Source of the DNA: a virus
Lineage: Duplodnaviria; Caudoviricetes
Length of the DNA: 55,813 bases
IMG/VR virus record: IMGVR_UViG_3300002460_000038
Coordinates: 1-55,813 of that record
Direction: 5' to 3' (one strand)
The notes beneath the pieces were generated by a model that was given only the letters and a program-made list of their open reading frames with translations, did not search any database and was not told where the DNA came from. The first letter of the stretch is position 1, and the number at the start of each line of letters is the position of its first letter. The translations under genes and the position numbers were made by a program. This document shows positions 16,408-24,765 of the stretch, piece after piece.

Positions 16408-18120
16408 ATGAGTTCAGCACGCGGTATTTTTCTGCAATGGGAAGGAAGGCGCGCATACCGCCAACGCATTCCGACGCCCCGCATTCTTGAACCCGTCGCG
16501 AAGCTGTCGGTCGGCAAGATCGACGACAACCTGATCATCGAAGGCGACAGCGTGCAAGCGATGGCGTCTCTCAAGAGCCGCTACGCCGGAGCCGTCGATG
16601 TGGTCTACATCGATCCGCCTTACAACCTCGGGAAAGACGACTTCCGCTACAGCGACAAGCGATTTCACGATCCCGACGCCGACGACAGCGATGCCGTCTA
16701 CGTGACGAATGAAGACGGCGGCCGACACACGAAATGGCTCAACGTCATGGCCCCCTGTCTGTACATGCTGTGGGAGATGCTTCGCGCTGATCGCGGCGTG
16801 ATCTTCGTCAGCATCAACGATGTCGAGCTATTTCGACTCGGGCTGTTGCTCAACGAGATTTTCGGCGAGGAAAATTGGGTTGGCACCATCGTCTGGAAAA
16901 GCGCAACCGATAACAATCCGACGAACGTCGCAATCGAGCACGAATATATTCTGTGCTACGCGAAGTCGAAGGCGACACTTCCGAGTGAATGGAAGAACCC
17001 GGACACCGAAGCCAAACGGCTGATGCTTGAAACGTATGCACAGATCAAAAAAGATGCGCCGACTCCGAAGGCGCTACAAAAGAGCTTCAGCGCATTCGTC
17101 AAAGAACACGCCGATTTTCTCGGCGATCTGGCTCGCTATCGACACGTAGACAAGCACGGCCCCTTCGTCTCTCGCCGCAATCTGGACAACCCCGGCAAGC
17201 CCGGACACAAGTTCGACGTGATCCACCCGGTCACGAAGAAGCCGTGCGCGAAACCGTATTGGGGTTGGCGGTTTACCGAAGCCCGGTTCAAAGAATTGAT
17301 GCGTGACGGTCGGATTCTCTTCGGGAAAGACGAAAAGCGCATTCCCCAACTCAAGGTTTACCTTGACGAAGTGGATTTCCCGTTGCGAAGCGTCATCCAA
17401 CTGGACGCACGAGCGGGATCAAACGACCTTGAACGGCTCTTCGGATCACGAGACGTGTTCAAGAACCCGAAGCCCGTTGATCTGATCGAGAGGTTGATCG
17501 GCTTTGCTTCAGAGCGCGACAGCATTATTTTGGACGCTTTCGCCGGCAGCGGAACGACCGGCGAAGCCGTCCTTCGCCTCAACAACCGAGATGGCGGGAA
17601 ACGCCGCTTTATTTTGATCGAGGAAGGTCGCGGCAAGAACGGGAAGGATCGGTTCTGCCGGACGTTGACCGCCGAACGTGTCAAGCGTGCGATCAAGGCG
17701 GATGGCTACGACGACGGCTTCATGTTCTACCAGACCGGCCGCAAGCTGGATCGTGGTGCGATCATTGGCTTGGAACGTGACGCGCTCGCGAATCTGATCT
17801 GCCAATCCGACGAGACCGGACGCGGGAAATCCATTACGCGCTTGACGGGCCATACGTACGTCATCGGGAAGAATCCGCGCGGCGAAGCCATTTGTCTCGT
17901 CTGGAAAGGTGCGGATAAGAGCGAAGTCACACGCGCCGATCTCGAAGGCGCAGCTTCCGAAGTGACCGCGTCGTCGCTAAAGCGGCCGTTCCGTATTTAT
18001 GGCACGTCCTGCAAAATTGCCGACGTGCCGACGAGCTTCCGCTTCTGCCAGATTCCTGATGAGATTATGACGCAGATGCACATCAACGACATTCTCGAAC
18101 CGGAACTAGAACAGGTTTAG
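16408..18120 (+). CDS. mod: type III R-M Mod-like adenine DNA methyltransferase
   Basis: NLIIEGD, YIDPPYN, H.KWL, FKNPKPVDLI, ILDAFAGSGTT; more A/T-ending codons than neighbouring genes. Confidence 0.88.
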   Translation: MSSARGIFLQWEGRRAYRQRIPTPRILEPVAKLSVGKIDDNLIIEGDSVQAMASLKSRYAGAVDVVYIDPPYNLGKDDFRYSDKRFHDPDADDSDAVYVTNEDGGRHTKWLNVMAPCLYMLWEMLRADRGVIFVSINDVELFRLGLLLNEIFGEENWVGTIVWKSATDNNPTNVAIEHEYILCYAKSKATLPSEWKNPDTEAKRLMLETYAQIKKDAPTPKALQKSFSAFVKEHADFLGDLARYRHVDKHGPFVSRRNLDNPGKPGHKFDVIHPVTKKPCAKPYWGWRFTEARFKELMRDGRILFGKDEKRIPQLKVYLDEVDFPLRSVIQLDARAGSNDLERLFGSRDVFKNPKPVDLIERLIGFASERDSIILDAFAGSGTTGEAVLRLNNRDGGKRRFILIEEGRGKNGKDRFCRTLTAERVKRAIKADGYDDGFMFYQTGRKLDRGAIIGLERDALANLICQSDETGRGKSITRLTGHTYVIGKNPRGEAICLVWKGADKSEVTRADLEGAASEVTASSLKRPFRIYGTSCKIADVPTSFRFCQIPDEIMTQMHINDILEPELEQV

Positions 18121-18127
18121 CCGGCTC

Positions 18128-18181
18128 GTGGCCCGTCTCGAACTCTTAGACTTCCAGCAAGCCGCCGTCGATGTTGCCTGA
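18128..18181 (+). pseudogene. stub resembling the N-terminus of a Res/helicase subunit
   Basis: MARLELLDFQQAAVDVA* (Q-motif-like) directly after mod. Confidence 0.5.
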
Positions 18182-18221
18182 GGGCTGGGAGGCGATGCCA
18201 TGACGAGGGGAGTCGTAGACG

Positions 18222-18380
18222 ATGCCACGAGAATTGAACTTTCGATTAGGGCGAGGATTCATCCGTGAGCGTAGGTTGGCGCTCTCTGCGACTGGCTACA
18301 CGGCGCTTGAAGCCTTCCTCTACGGGTGGGACACGTCGTTCTACCGGCACTCGCAGGCCATGGCCGCACGAACGCTGTAA
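18222..18380 (+). CDS. 52-aa hypothetical protein between 20-bp direct repeats
   Basis: gaggggag(t/c)cgtagacgATG at 18205-18224 and 18384-18403. Confidence 0.5.
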   Translation: MPRELNFRLGRGFIRERRLALSATGYTALEAFLYGWDTSFYRHSQAMAARTL

Positions 18381-18400
18381 GGGGAGGGGAGCCGTAGACG

Positions 18401-18754
18401 ATGAGCCTGTTTCAGATTGAGGGACCGGCGGTGATCTCGTTCAGCGGTGGCCGCACGAGCGGCTACATGCTGCGCCGGATTCTCGACGAAGGGCTCCAGC
18501 CTCACGTCTACGTGCTGTTCGCGGACACGGGCAAGGAGCGACCGGAAACGTATCAATTCGTGCGAGATGTCGAACGGCACTGGAAAGTCAACGTCGTCTG
18601 TGTCGCCAGGCCGGGACAGTTTACGCAGTTGATTACCGACCGGAAGTTTCTCCCGAATCCCGTGTCTCGGTTCTGCACGCAGGAATTGAAGATTCGACCT
18701 CGGTCGTGCCTCAATATGCAATCGCTGCTCACCGACATTGGGGAGGCGAGATGA
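18401..18754 (+). pseudogene. PAPS-reductase-family protein, N-terminal part only
   Basis: VISFSGGRTS, FADTGKE, RFCTQELKI.P, then ends. Confidence 0.7.
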
Positions 18755-18933
18755 AGCCGGAGAACGTGCGCTGTCCAGAGTGCGGCGGCGAGATGGTGTC
18801 TCGCCTGAATCGCGAGAAGAACCAGCGGTTCTGGGGGTGCAAGGACTTCCCGAAGTGCAGGGGCACGCGCGACACCGACGGCCGGTCGAAGGCGGAGCGT
18901 CAGGCGCAGCGTGGAGATGGCGATGAGTCTTGA
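18751..18933 (+). CDS. topoisomerase-type C4 Zn-ribbon protein
   Basis: CPECGGEMV.R..FWGCKDFPKCRGT. Confidence 0.85.
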   Translation: MKPENVRCPECGGEMVSRLNREKNQRFWGCKDFPKCRGTRDTDGRSKAERQAQRGDGDES

Positions 18934-19204
18934 GGACCGCGCTCGCGACATCGTTCGAACCTCGGTCCGCGAAGAACGGAAGTCTCGCAAGCGTCGGCCG
19001 GAGCCACGTATCACCAACCCGGACACGCACCCGCGGCAATTCGTGAACCTCACCGTGGCCGCTGACTTCCTCGGCTTGGATGAGCGGACGGTGAAGGCCC
19101 GCATCGAGCAGGGCGACCTCGAAGCCACGCAGGACGGCAAGGTCTACCGCATTGCGGTGAGCGCGCTGGTCGCGTATCAGGCACGTCGACGGCTCGCCTC
19201 GTAG
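18923..19204 (+). CDS. excisionase-like (HTH_17) DNA-binding protein
   Basis: NLTVAADFLGLDERTVKARIEQGDLEA..GKVYRI. Confidence 0.8.
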   Translation: MSLEDRARDIVRTSVREERKSRKRRPEPRITNPDTHPRQFVNLTVAADFLGLDERTVKARIEQGDLEATQDGKVYRIAVSALVAYQARRRLAS

Positions 19205-19343
19205 CGTTTCACGTTCCACATGGAACACGCATCATCGACATCATCAACATAATCGGTAACACCTTCCTGATCTGAGCCGTATTCTCGGCTCACGTAGGTT
19301 TTGCGGCTCGTAAACCTTACGAAAACCTAGAAACCTAAATCAC

Positions 19344-20135
19344 GTGCCTGGCAAAGCCTCACGCGAAAACGGGAAGAAGGGCGGACGTCCCCGGAAACAT
19401 CCGCGCGCCAATCCGCCCGAAACGCCAGCGAAACCACTCGGAAAGTGGGCGCTCACGCGCCGTGAAGAACTCTTCGTCCATCAAATCGTTACCTTCCCTG
19501 AGAAAACCCAAGGCGAGTGCTACCGCGACGCTGGGTTCCGCGTGAAGACCGCGGACACCGCGTCGACGAATGCGGCGCGGTTGCTCGGAAAGGATCGAGT
19601 CGCCCGGGCGCTCGCGGCGGCGCGCCAGGCGTTGGCCGAGCGGCACCAGATTACGCAGGACCGCGTGCTGAAGGAACTCGGGCGCATTGGGTTTGCGGAC
19701 TTGCGGAAGCTGTTCGAGGAACGGCAGGGCCGCGGCGAGATGACGGCCGAGCAGATGTACGCGTCGGCCAATGCGGACTCCGCGACGAAGGCGCCGACGT
19801 TCGCCGAGTTGCCGGCGGCGGTGCAGGCCGCCTGGAAGGCCGCGGCGGCGATCGCGGGCTCGAAGGTCAGCGGCGGGTATTTCCTGAAGTCGCCCGACCA
19901 GCTCGACGACGACACGGCGGCGTGCCTCGCCGGCATCGAGGTCGTGACGAAGAACATCGGCGACGGCGAGGTTGAGTACGTCCACAAGGTGAAGACCGTG
20001 GACAAGTTGGGGGCGCTGACGACGATCGCGAAGCACCTCGGCATGTTGAAGGACAAGGGGGAGACCCCGAACGTGGTTCCGCTGTTCGCGCTGCCAGCGG
20101 ATGCCCGGCCTGATGTGAGCGGCGCAGGAACGTAG
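19344..20135 (+). CDS. terS: terminase small subunit
   Basis: ASRENGKKGGRP; AGF..TASTNAARLL; ITQDRVLKELGRIGFADLR; DKLGAL..IAKHLGM. Confidence 0.9.
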   Translation: MPGKASRENGKKGGRPRKHPRANPPETPAKPLGKWALTRREELFVHQIVTFPEKTQGECYRDAGFRVKTADTASTNAARLLGKDRVARALAAARQALAERHQITQDRVLKELGRIGFADLRKLFEERQGRGEMTAEQMYASANADSATKAPTFAELPAAVQAAWKAAAAIAGSKVSGGYFLKSPDQLDDDTAACLAGIEVVTKNIGDGEVEYVHKVKTVDKLGALTTIAKHLGMLKDKGETPNVVPLFALPADARPDVSGAGT

Positions 20136-20141
20136 CGGCAC

Positions 20142-20492
20142 ATGGCAGACGAGAAAGATCCGACGAAGATGACCGCGACCGAGGCGAACGCGGCGGCTGC
20201 GAGCAGCGGCAATAGCGCGCCCGCGAAGGCGGCCAAGCGCACGCTGCTCGACGCGCTGAAGAATGGCGAATCGCTCTACACCCTCCGTTTCAAGGGCATC
20301 CGCGGGATGCAGGAAGTCAACATCCTGGCGTCCAGCGCGGAGAAGGCGGAACAGGTCGGGCGCGCGTGGGTGAACCTGCAGCCCGGGCGGCTCTACATCT
20401 CGGTCCATCCGGCACTCGTCGCGGACGAGTCGATTCTGGCGCAGGTGAATCAGCCCGACGCGGTCGGCGCCGGCGCGGTCGGCAAGCGGTGA
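20142..20492 (+). CDS. hypothetical protein
   Basis: RBS agga; coding-like codon usage. Confidence 0.65.
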   Translation: MADEKDPTKMTATEANAAAASSGNSAPAKAAKRTLLDALKNGESLYTLRFKGIRGMQEVNILASSAEKAEQVGRAWVNLQPGRLYISVHPALVADESILAQVNQPDAVGAGAVGKR

Positions 20493-20611
20493 ACGAGGAC
20501 GACATGAAGCGCGCGGACCGGGCGGTGATGTTCGCGGCCGCGGGGATTCTGGTGCTTGGGCTGGTGCTCTGGTCTGGCCTGGCGCTGCTCGTCGCGGCGG
20601 TGCTCCAGTGA
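20489..20611 (+). CDS. small membrane protein
   Basis: GTGA overlaps; one hydrophobic helix. Confidence 0.5.
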   Translation: MNEDDMKRADRAVMFAAAGILVLGLVLWSGLALLVAAVLQ

Positions 20612-20976
20612 TCGACGCTCGCGCGGCGTCGACCGCCCCTGATCGACCGCAGGCCCCAGATGCTGGCTTCCGGTCGGTCGGGGCGCTCATTCAGGACATC
20701 ACCGCTGCCCACGGGCGGATGTCTGCGAACAATCCCCATCGCGCCATCCTCGAGCAGTGCGGCATCGCGCTCGGCGAACTCGCCGTGCAGCTCCACAACG
20801 AGCGGTCGAAGCACCGCGCTGCGGTCAAGGCGGTCCTGGACGCGGTCGTCGACATGCGGAATGTCGTTGCAGAACATCGGAAGTGGGCAGACGGTCTGAA
20901 CTTGCCGCAAGAGTCGTTGCTGTCGGCGATTGACGGGTGGGAAGAGGCGCTGTCCGGCATCGAGGGAGTCGTGTGA
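20608..20976 (+). CDS. hypothetical protein
   Basis: Coupled start and stop overlaps. Confidence 0.6.
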   Translation: MIDARAASTAPDRPQAPDAGFRSVGALIQDITAAHGRMSANNPHRAILEQCGIALGELAVQLHNERSKHRAAVKAVLDAVVDMRNVVAEHRKWADGLNLPQESLLSAIDGWEEALSGIEGVV

Positions 20977-21194
20977 TGCCGAAGGTGCTCTGTCAGGCGG
21001 AGACGGTCAACGGCTGCTTCCGTGTCGTCACCGGGAGCCCGAAGGCGGGCAGCGCGCCCGTCGTCGAGCGGCGCTCGACACCGGACGCGATGGGGATCGA
21101 CGTCTGGCAGCCGGTGACGGCCGACTGTGCGCTGCACGCGCTCGAGGCCGTGGTCGGGTATTTCGCCGCGGCCGACGCGGGAGGCGACGCGTGA
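20976..21194 (+). CDS. hypothetical protein
   Basis: RBS gggag; TGATG overlap. Confidence 0.55.
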   Translation: MPKVLCQAETVNGCFRVVTGSPKAGSAPVVERRSTPDAMGIDVWQPVTADCALHALEAVVGYFAAADAGGDA

Positions 21195-24100
21195 ATGTTG
21201 TCCTCCTGGTCCTGCTGATGGCGACCACCGCAGTCCCTTCGCAGCGACGGTTGGGCGCGGCCGGCGTCGTCGAGACCCAGACGATTGATTGGGCCTCGCC
21301 CGTTCAGCACGCCGCGTTCAAGTACGGCCCGTTCCCGCAGCTCGCGTCCGGGGGCTTCGGCTGCGTGGCCGGTGATACGCGGATCTTCGATGCGGAGACG
21401 GCACGGGAGTGGACGTTTGCGCAACTCGCCGCCACTGGTCGTCAGCCGATCGTGTTGGCGTGGACGGGCGACGGGTTCGCGTGGGTGCGCGCGAGTGCAC
21501 CTGTTCGGAAGGGCGTGGCGCGGCTCTATCGGATTCGAACGCGGTCTGGGAAGTCCATCGTGGTTACTTCCGCCCACCGGTTTTTGACCGACTCAGGTTG
21601 GTCAAGTGCTGGCGATATGACCCGTTCCGATGCCCGCGCCGGACGCCTTCGAGTGTCCGACGTCGACCCTCTGGCGTCCACTCTGGGCATTTCCCTTTCA
21701 GTGTCTCAGCGAGATGTTGACTGTTTCCTGAATACAGGCGCAGGTTCTCAATCGCGTTGTGCTGGTGATCGTCGTCAACGTGATGGACGACCTCGGTCGG
21801 CTCGAGAAATCGTCCGATGGCCGCTTCCATCACCAGTCGGTGCTCGCGCACATAGCCTGCGGCGTTTGCGTGCGGATGTTGCGGACATTGCACCAGCACG
21901 TAGCCGTCCTTATCGATTGTCCGGCCGCCCTTCCAGTCTCGATGCTTCGCTCCAGGCTGCGCGCCTCGGTTCTGCACCGGGAAGCCATGACGATGACAGA
22001 AGCGGCGCACTTGCTCAGGCTCGACTGGGAGCCGGAGGCGCTCCTGAATCTCTGGACACGTCAAGCCTTGTTCTGCGAGATGGCGGATTTGGACAAGGAA
22101 CGGCACTAGCTGGCCACGCTCTTTCATGCCTTGATTATATCGTGGAAGTGGTGGATTTGGGTGAGGGTGAATTCTATGACGTGCACGTGCCCGTCTGGAA
22201 TAACTACCTCGCGCACGGCTTCATCAATCACAACTCCGGCAAGACCTACGAAGGCTGCCTGAAGGGCCTCTGGCTCTCGGATGTGTTCCCGCGTAACCGC
22301 GGGCTCATCTTCCGGTCCGTCGCCAAGGACCTCCGCGCGACGACGATGGCCACGTTCAAGAAAATCTGCCCGCCGTCGGCGTACAGCGCGCCGGATGCCG
22401 GATGGAACCGCATGGAGGGCCTGACCCGGTTGAACAACGGATCAGAGATTCTCTGGCTCGGGCTCGACAATCCGGAGCTCGAAGACATCCTGAAGGGGCT
22501 CGAAATCAACTGGTTCCTCGGCGACCAGGCGGAAGACACTGCCGAGGAAATCTTCGACACGCTCATGGGGCGCCTTGGCCGGTGGGACCAGGCGGAGGTG
22601 CCGCAATGGCTGCTCGATGAGGAAGATGCCGCCGGTCGCCCGTGGCGCTGGCGGCATCCTGTCTCCGGCAAGCCGACGCCGCCGACCTACCCGATGCTGA
22701 CGTGCAACCCGGACACCGAGCTGCACTGGCTGTATCGGCGCTTCCATCCCGAAAGCCCTGAGCATTACGACCGCCGCCTGCCGGACCTTGACCTGACGAC
22801 GGGCCAACCGACCGGCAAGCTCGTGAGCTATCACGACCTCGGGTACCGGCTGTTTCACATGCCGTCGCTCGAGAACAAGTTCCTGCCGGCGCAGAACCGC
22901 GCGCATCTGCTTGCGCAGGATGATGCGTTCCGCCGACGGTACGTCGAGGGCATCTGGGGCCTCCCGGAAGGCGCTATCCACGTCGTCGACAAGCGGTCGC
23001 TCATCACCTTGGAGGACCAGGCGCAGGCCGACGCGTTTCTCACGTTGCTGCGGGAGACGTGCACGCTGCACCGGTTCCTTGACCACGGCGACTCCGCGCC
23101 GACCTGCTGCCTGTGGCTGGCGATCGACCGCCAGGGCAACATGTTCTGGTTCCGCGAGTACTACGTTCCGAATCAGCTCATCTCGTATCACCGCCGCGAG
23201 ATCACGACCTTGTCGCAGGGTGAGCGGTACACCTTCAATCAGGCCGACCCGAGCATCTTCAACAAGACGATGCAGAAGCACGGCGGTCGCTGGTCGGTGG
23301 CCGACGAGTACGAGGACAAGCGCGAGAGCCCGGCTGAGACCGCCATCTTCTGGGAGCCAGCCGACAACAACGAGCTCGGCACCCGCAACCGCATCAACGA
23401 ATACCTCCGCATCGATCCGGAGCGCATCCACCCCTACACGAAGGAGCGCGGCGCGCCGCGGATGTTCTTCATCGTGCGGACGGACGCGTACCCGCAGGGC
23501 GTCATGCACGCGCTTCGTGAGACCAGGGCGCAGCGGCGCCAGAAGCTCGGGACCGAGATGGGGCGCCCGGTGTTCAGCGACGAGCGCGACGAGAACATTG
23601 CCGACCACGGGTATGACTGCCTCGCTGGCGACACGACTGTGCTCACGCGCGACGGGTGGCAGCCGATTGCGTCGCTGGTTGGAACCGAGAGCGACATCTG
23701 GACGCTGGCAGGGTGGCAGCCGTATACGGACTGCCGCCGTTACCGGAGTGGGAGCGCAATGGTTCGCGTTGAGACGCGCGAAGGCGCGTTCCGCTGCACG
23801 CCGGATCATTTGATTCTGACAAGCGATGGCTGGAAACGTGCCGACGCGCTCACGAGTCGTGATACCATAGCGCAATGCAACCAGTGGTCATATCTCGGAC
23901 CATTCAATCCTTCAAGGGACTCAGGTACTACCTCTGCGGCTTCTATTTTCAGCGCGATGGGAAGCGGCTTCATCGCGCAGTGTGGGAGCATCATCACGGC
24001 CCTGTGCCAGTTGGCCACCATGTCCATCACGTCGATGGCGACAGGGCCAATAATGGGGATGGCAACCTCGTGCTTCTCGCCGAATTCACGCACCTCAGCG

Positions 24101-24589
24101 GACACTCGAAACGATCAAAGCATGAGCGCGCCGTTGCCGCAATGCAGGCCGCTGCTAAGCGATGGCACGGCAGCGACGCCGGGAAGCAGTGGCACCGCGA
24201 ACACGTTGCCGACTCCCTCGGTGCGACGTGGATCCGCGACGTGGAGCGGGAATGCAGCGAGTGCGGCCGAACATATATGGCGGCTCGTGGCGCCGCGTCT
24301 CGAAGTTACGTCTGCAGCAACGCTTGCAAGAGCGTTCGGTTTCGGCGGCTCAACCCAGGTTACGACCGTCGTTTTAAGCGAACCCGCCGATAGCTACTGC
24401 CTGAGTGTTCCAGCCCCGCACGCGTTCGCGATTGCGGGTGGCTTCCTTGTCCATAACTGCCTCCGCTACGGCACGGCCAGCCGGGCGCCAGTTGCGCGGC
24501 AGCCACCGCCGAATGCCGACCCGCGGACGTTTGCCGGCCAGTCGCGGCTGTTGAAGCAGGCGTCGCGCCAAGTGCGGGGGGCGCGATGA
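21191..24589 (+). CDS. terL: terminase large subunit with two inteins
   Basis: Spliced Walker A GGFG|SGKT; TCNP; RRYVEGIW; FLDHG..PT; DPS; spliced DHGYD|CLRY. Confidence 0.93.
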   Translation: MNVVLLVLLMATTAVPSQRRLGAAGVVETQTIDWASPVQHAAFKYGPFPQLASGGFGCVAGDTRIFDAETAREWTFAQLAATGRQPIVLAWTGDGFAWVRASAPVRKGVARLYRIRTRSGKSIVVTSAHRFLTDSGWSSAGDMTRSDARAGRLRVSDVDPLASTLGISLSVSQRDVDCFLNTGAGSQSRCAGDRRQRDGRPRSAREIVRWPLPSPVGARAHSLRRLRADVADIAPARSRPYRLSGRPSSLDASLQAARLGSAPGSHDDDRSGALAQARLGAGGAPESLDTSSLVLRDGGFGQGTALAGHALSCLDYIVEVVDLGEGEFYDVHVPVWNNYLAHGFINHNSGKTYEGCLKGLWLSDVFPRNRGLIFRSVAKDLRATTMATFKKICPPSAYSAPDAGWNRMEGLTRLNNGSEILWLGLDNPELEDILKGLEINWFLGDQAEDTAEEIFDTLMGRLGRWDQAEVPQWLLDEEDAAGRPWRWRHPVSGKPTPPTYPMLTCNPDTELHWLYRRFHPESPEHYDRRLPDLDLTTGQPTGKLVSYHDLGYRLFHMPSLENKFLPAQNRAHLLAQDDAFRRRYVEGIWGLPEGAIHVVDKRSLITLEDQAQADAFLTLLRETCTLHRFLDHGDSAPTCCLWLAIDRQGNMFWFREYYVPNQLISYHRREITTLSQGERYTFNQADPSIFNKTMQKHGGRWSVADEYEDKRESPAETAIFWEPADNNELGTRNRINEYLRIDPERIHPYTKERGAPRMFFIVRTDAYPQGVMHALRETRAQRRQKLGTEMGRPVFSDERDENIADHGYDCLAGDTTVLTRDGWQPIASLVGTESDIWTLAGWQPYTDCRRYRSGSAMVRVETREGAFRCTPDHLILTSDGWKRADALTSRDTIAQCNQWSYLGPFNPSRDSGTTSAASIFSAMGSGFIAQCGSIITALCQLATMSITSMATGPIMGMATSCFSPNSRTSADTRNDQSMSAPLPQCRPLLSDGTAATPGSSGTANTLPTPSVRRGSATWSGNAASAAEHIWRLVAPRLEVTSAATLARAFGFGGSTQVTTVVLSEPADSYCLSVPAPHAFAIAGGFLVHNCLRYGTASRAPVARQPPPNADPRTFAGQSRLLKQASRQVRGAR
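21362..22234 (+). mobile_element. intein 1 (291 aa) in the TerL Walker A motif
   Basis: N-terminal CVAGDT; block B TSAHRF; FYDVHV..NNY..GFINHN followed by +1 Ser. Confidence 0.93.
21564..22127 (-). CDS. HNH homing endonuclease antisense within intein 1
   Basis: WKGGRTIDKDGYV..P.HP..GYVREHRLVME..IGRFL...EVVHHVDDD..HN.IENL; TATAAT 6 nt upstream. Confidence 0.88.
   Translation of the reverse strand: MKERGQLVPFLVQIRHLAEQGLTCPEIQERLRLPVEPEQVRRFCHRHGFPVQNRGAQPGAKHRDWKGGRTIDKDGYVLVQCPQHPHANAAGYVREHRLVMEAAIGRFLEPTEVVHHVDDDHQHNAIENLRLYSGNSQHLAETLKGKCPEWTPEGRRRTLEGVRRGHRNGSYRQHLTNLSRSKTGGRK
23618..24457 (+). mobile_element. intein 2 (280 aa) in the TerL nuclease domain
   Basis: CLAGDTTVLTRDG; CTPDHLILT; YCLSV..HAF..GFLVHN followed by +1 Cys. 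Confidence 0.93.
23875..24393 (+). CDS. HNH homing endonuclease in an alternative frame within intein 2
   Basis: RLHRAVWEHHHGPVP.GHHVHHVDGDRANN..GNL; C-terminal CSECG..CSNAC; TGnTACCAT 6 nt upstream. Confidence 0.88.
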   Translation: MQPVVISRTIQSFKGLRYYLCGFYFQRDGKRLHRAVWEHHHGPVPVGHHVHHVDGDRANNGDGNLVLLAEFTHLSGHSKRSKHERAVAAMQAAAKRWHGSDAGKQWHREHVADSLGATWIRDVERECSECGRTYMAARGAASRSYVCSNACKSVRFRRLNPGYDRRFKRTRR

Positions 24590-24765
24590 AGACATGGACT
24601 GTCCTCGTCGGTCCCGCAGCGATTCGCATCGGGAAGTATTGGCGTCCTGTGCTGTCAGGAGACGTGTGGCTTCCGCGGCGGTTCATGACACCAGAAGCGG
24701 CCCTGCGTTATGCGGCGCAGCAGGAAGCAAAACTCGCGCGGCCGGAGACGACGACACATGGCTAA
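24586..24765 (+). CDS. 59-aa hypothetical protein
   Basis: ATGA overlap with terL; overlaps the portal start. Confidence 0.45.
   Translation: MKTWTVLVGPAAIRIGKYWRPVLSGDVWLPRRFMTPEAALRYAAQQEAKLARPETTTHG

Noticed and set aside
20930-21190. N-terminal extension of TerL in the ORF track
   Set aside because: Overlaps gene 20976-21194; the RBS supports the GTG at 21191
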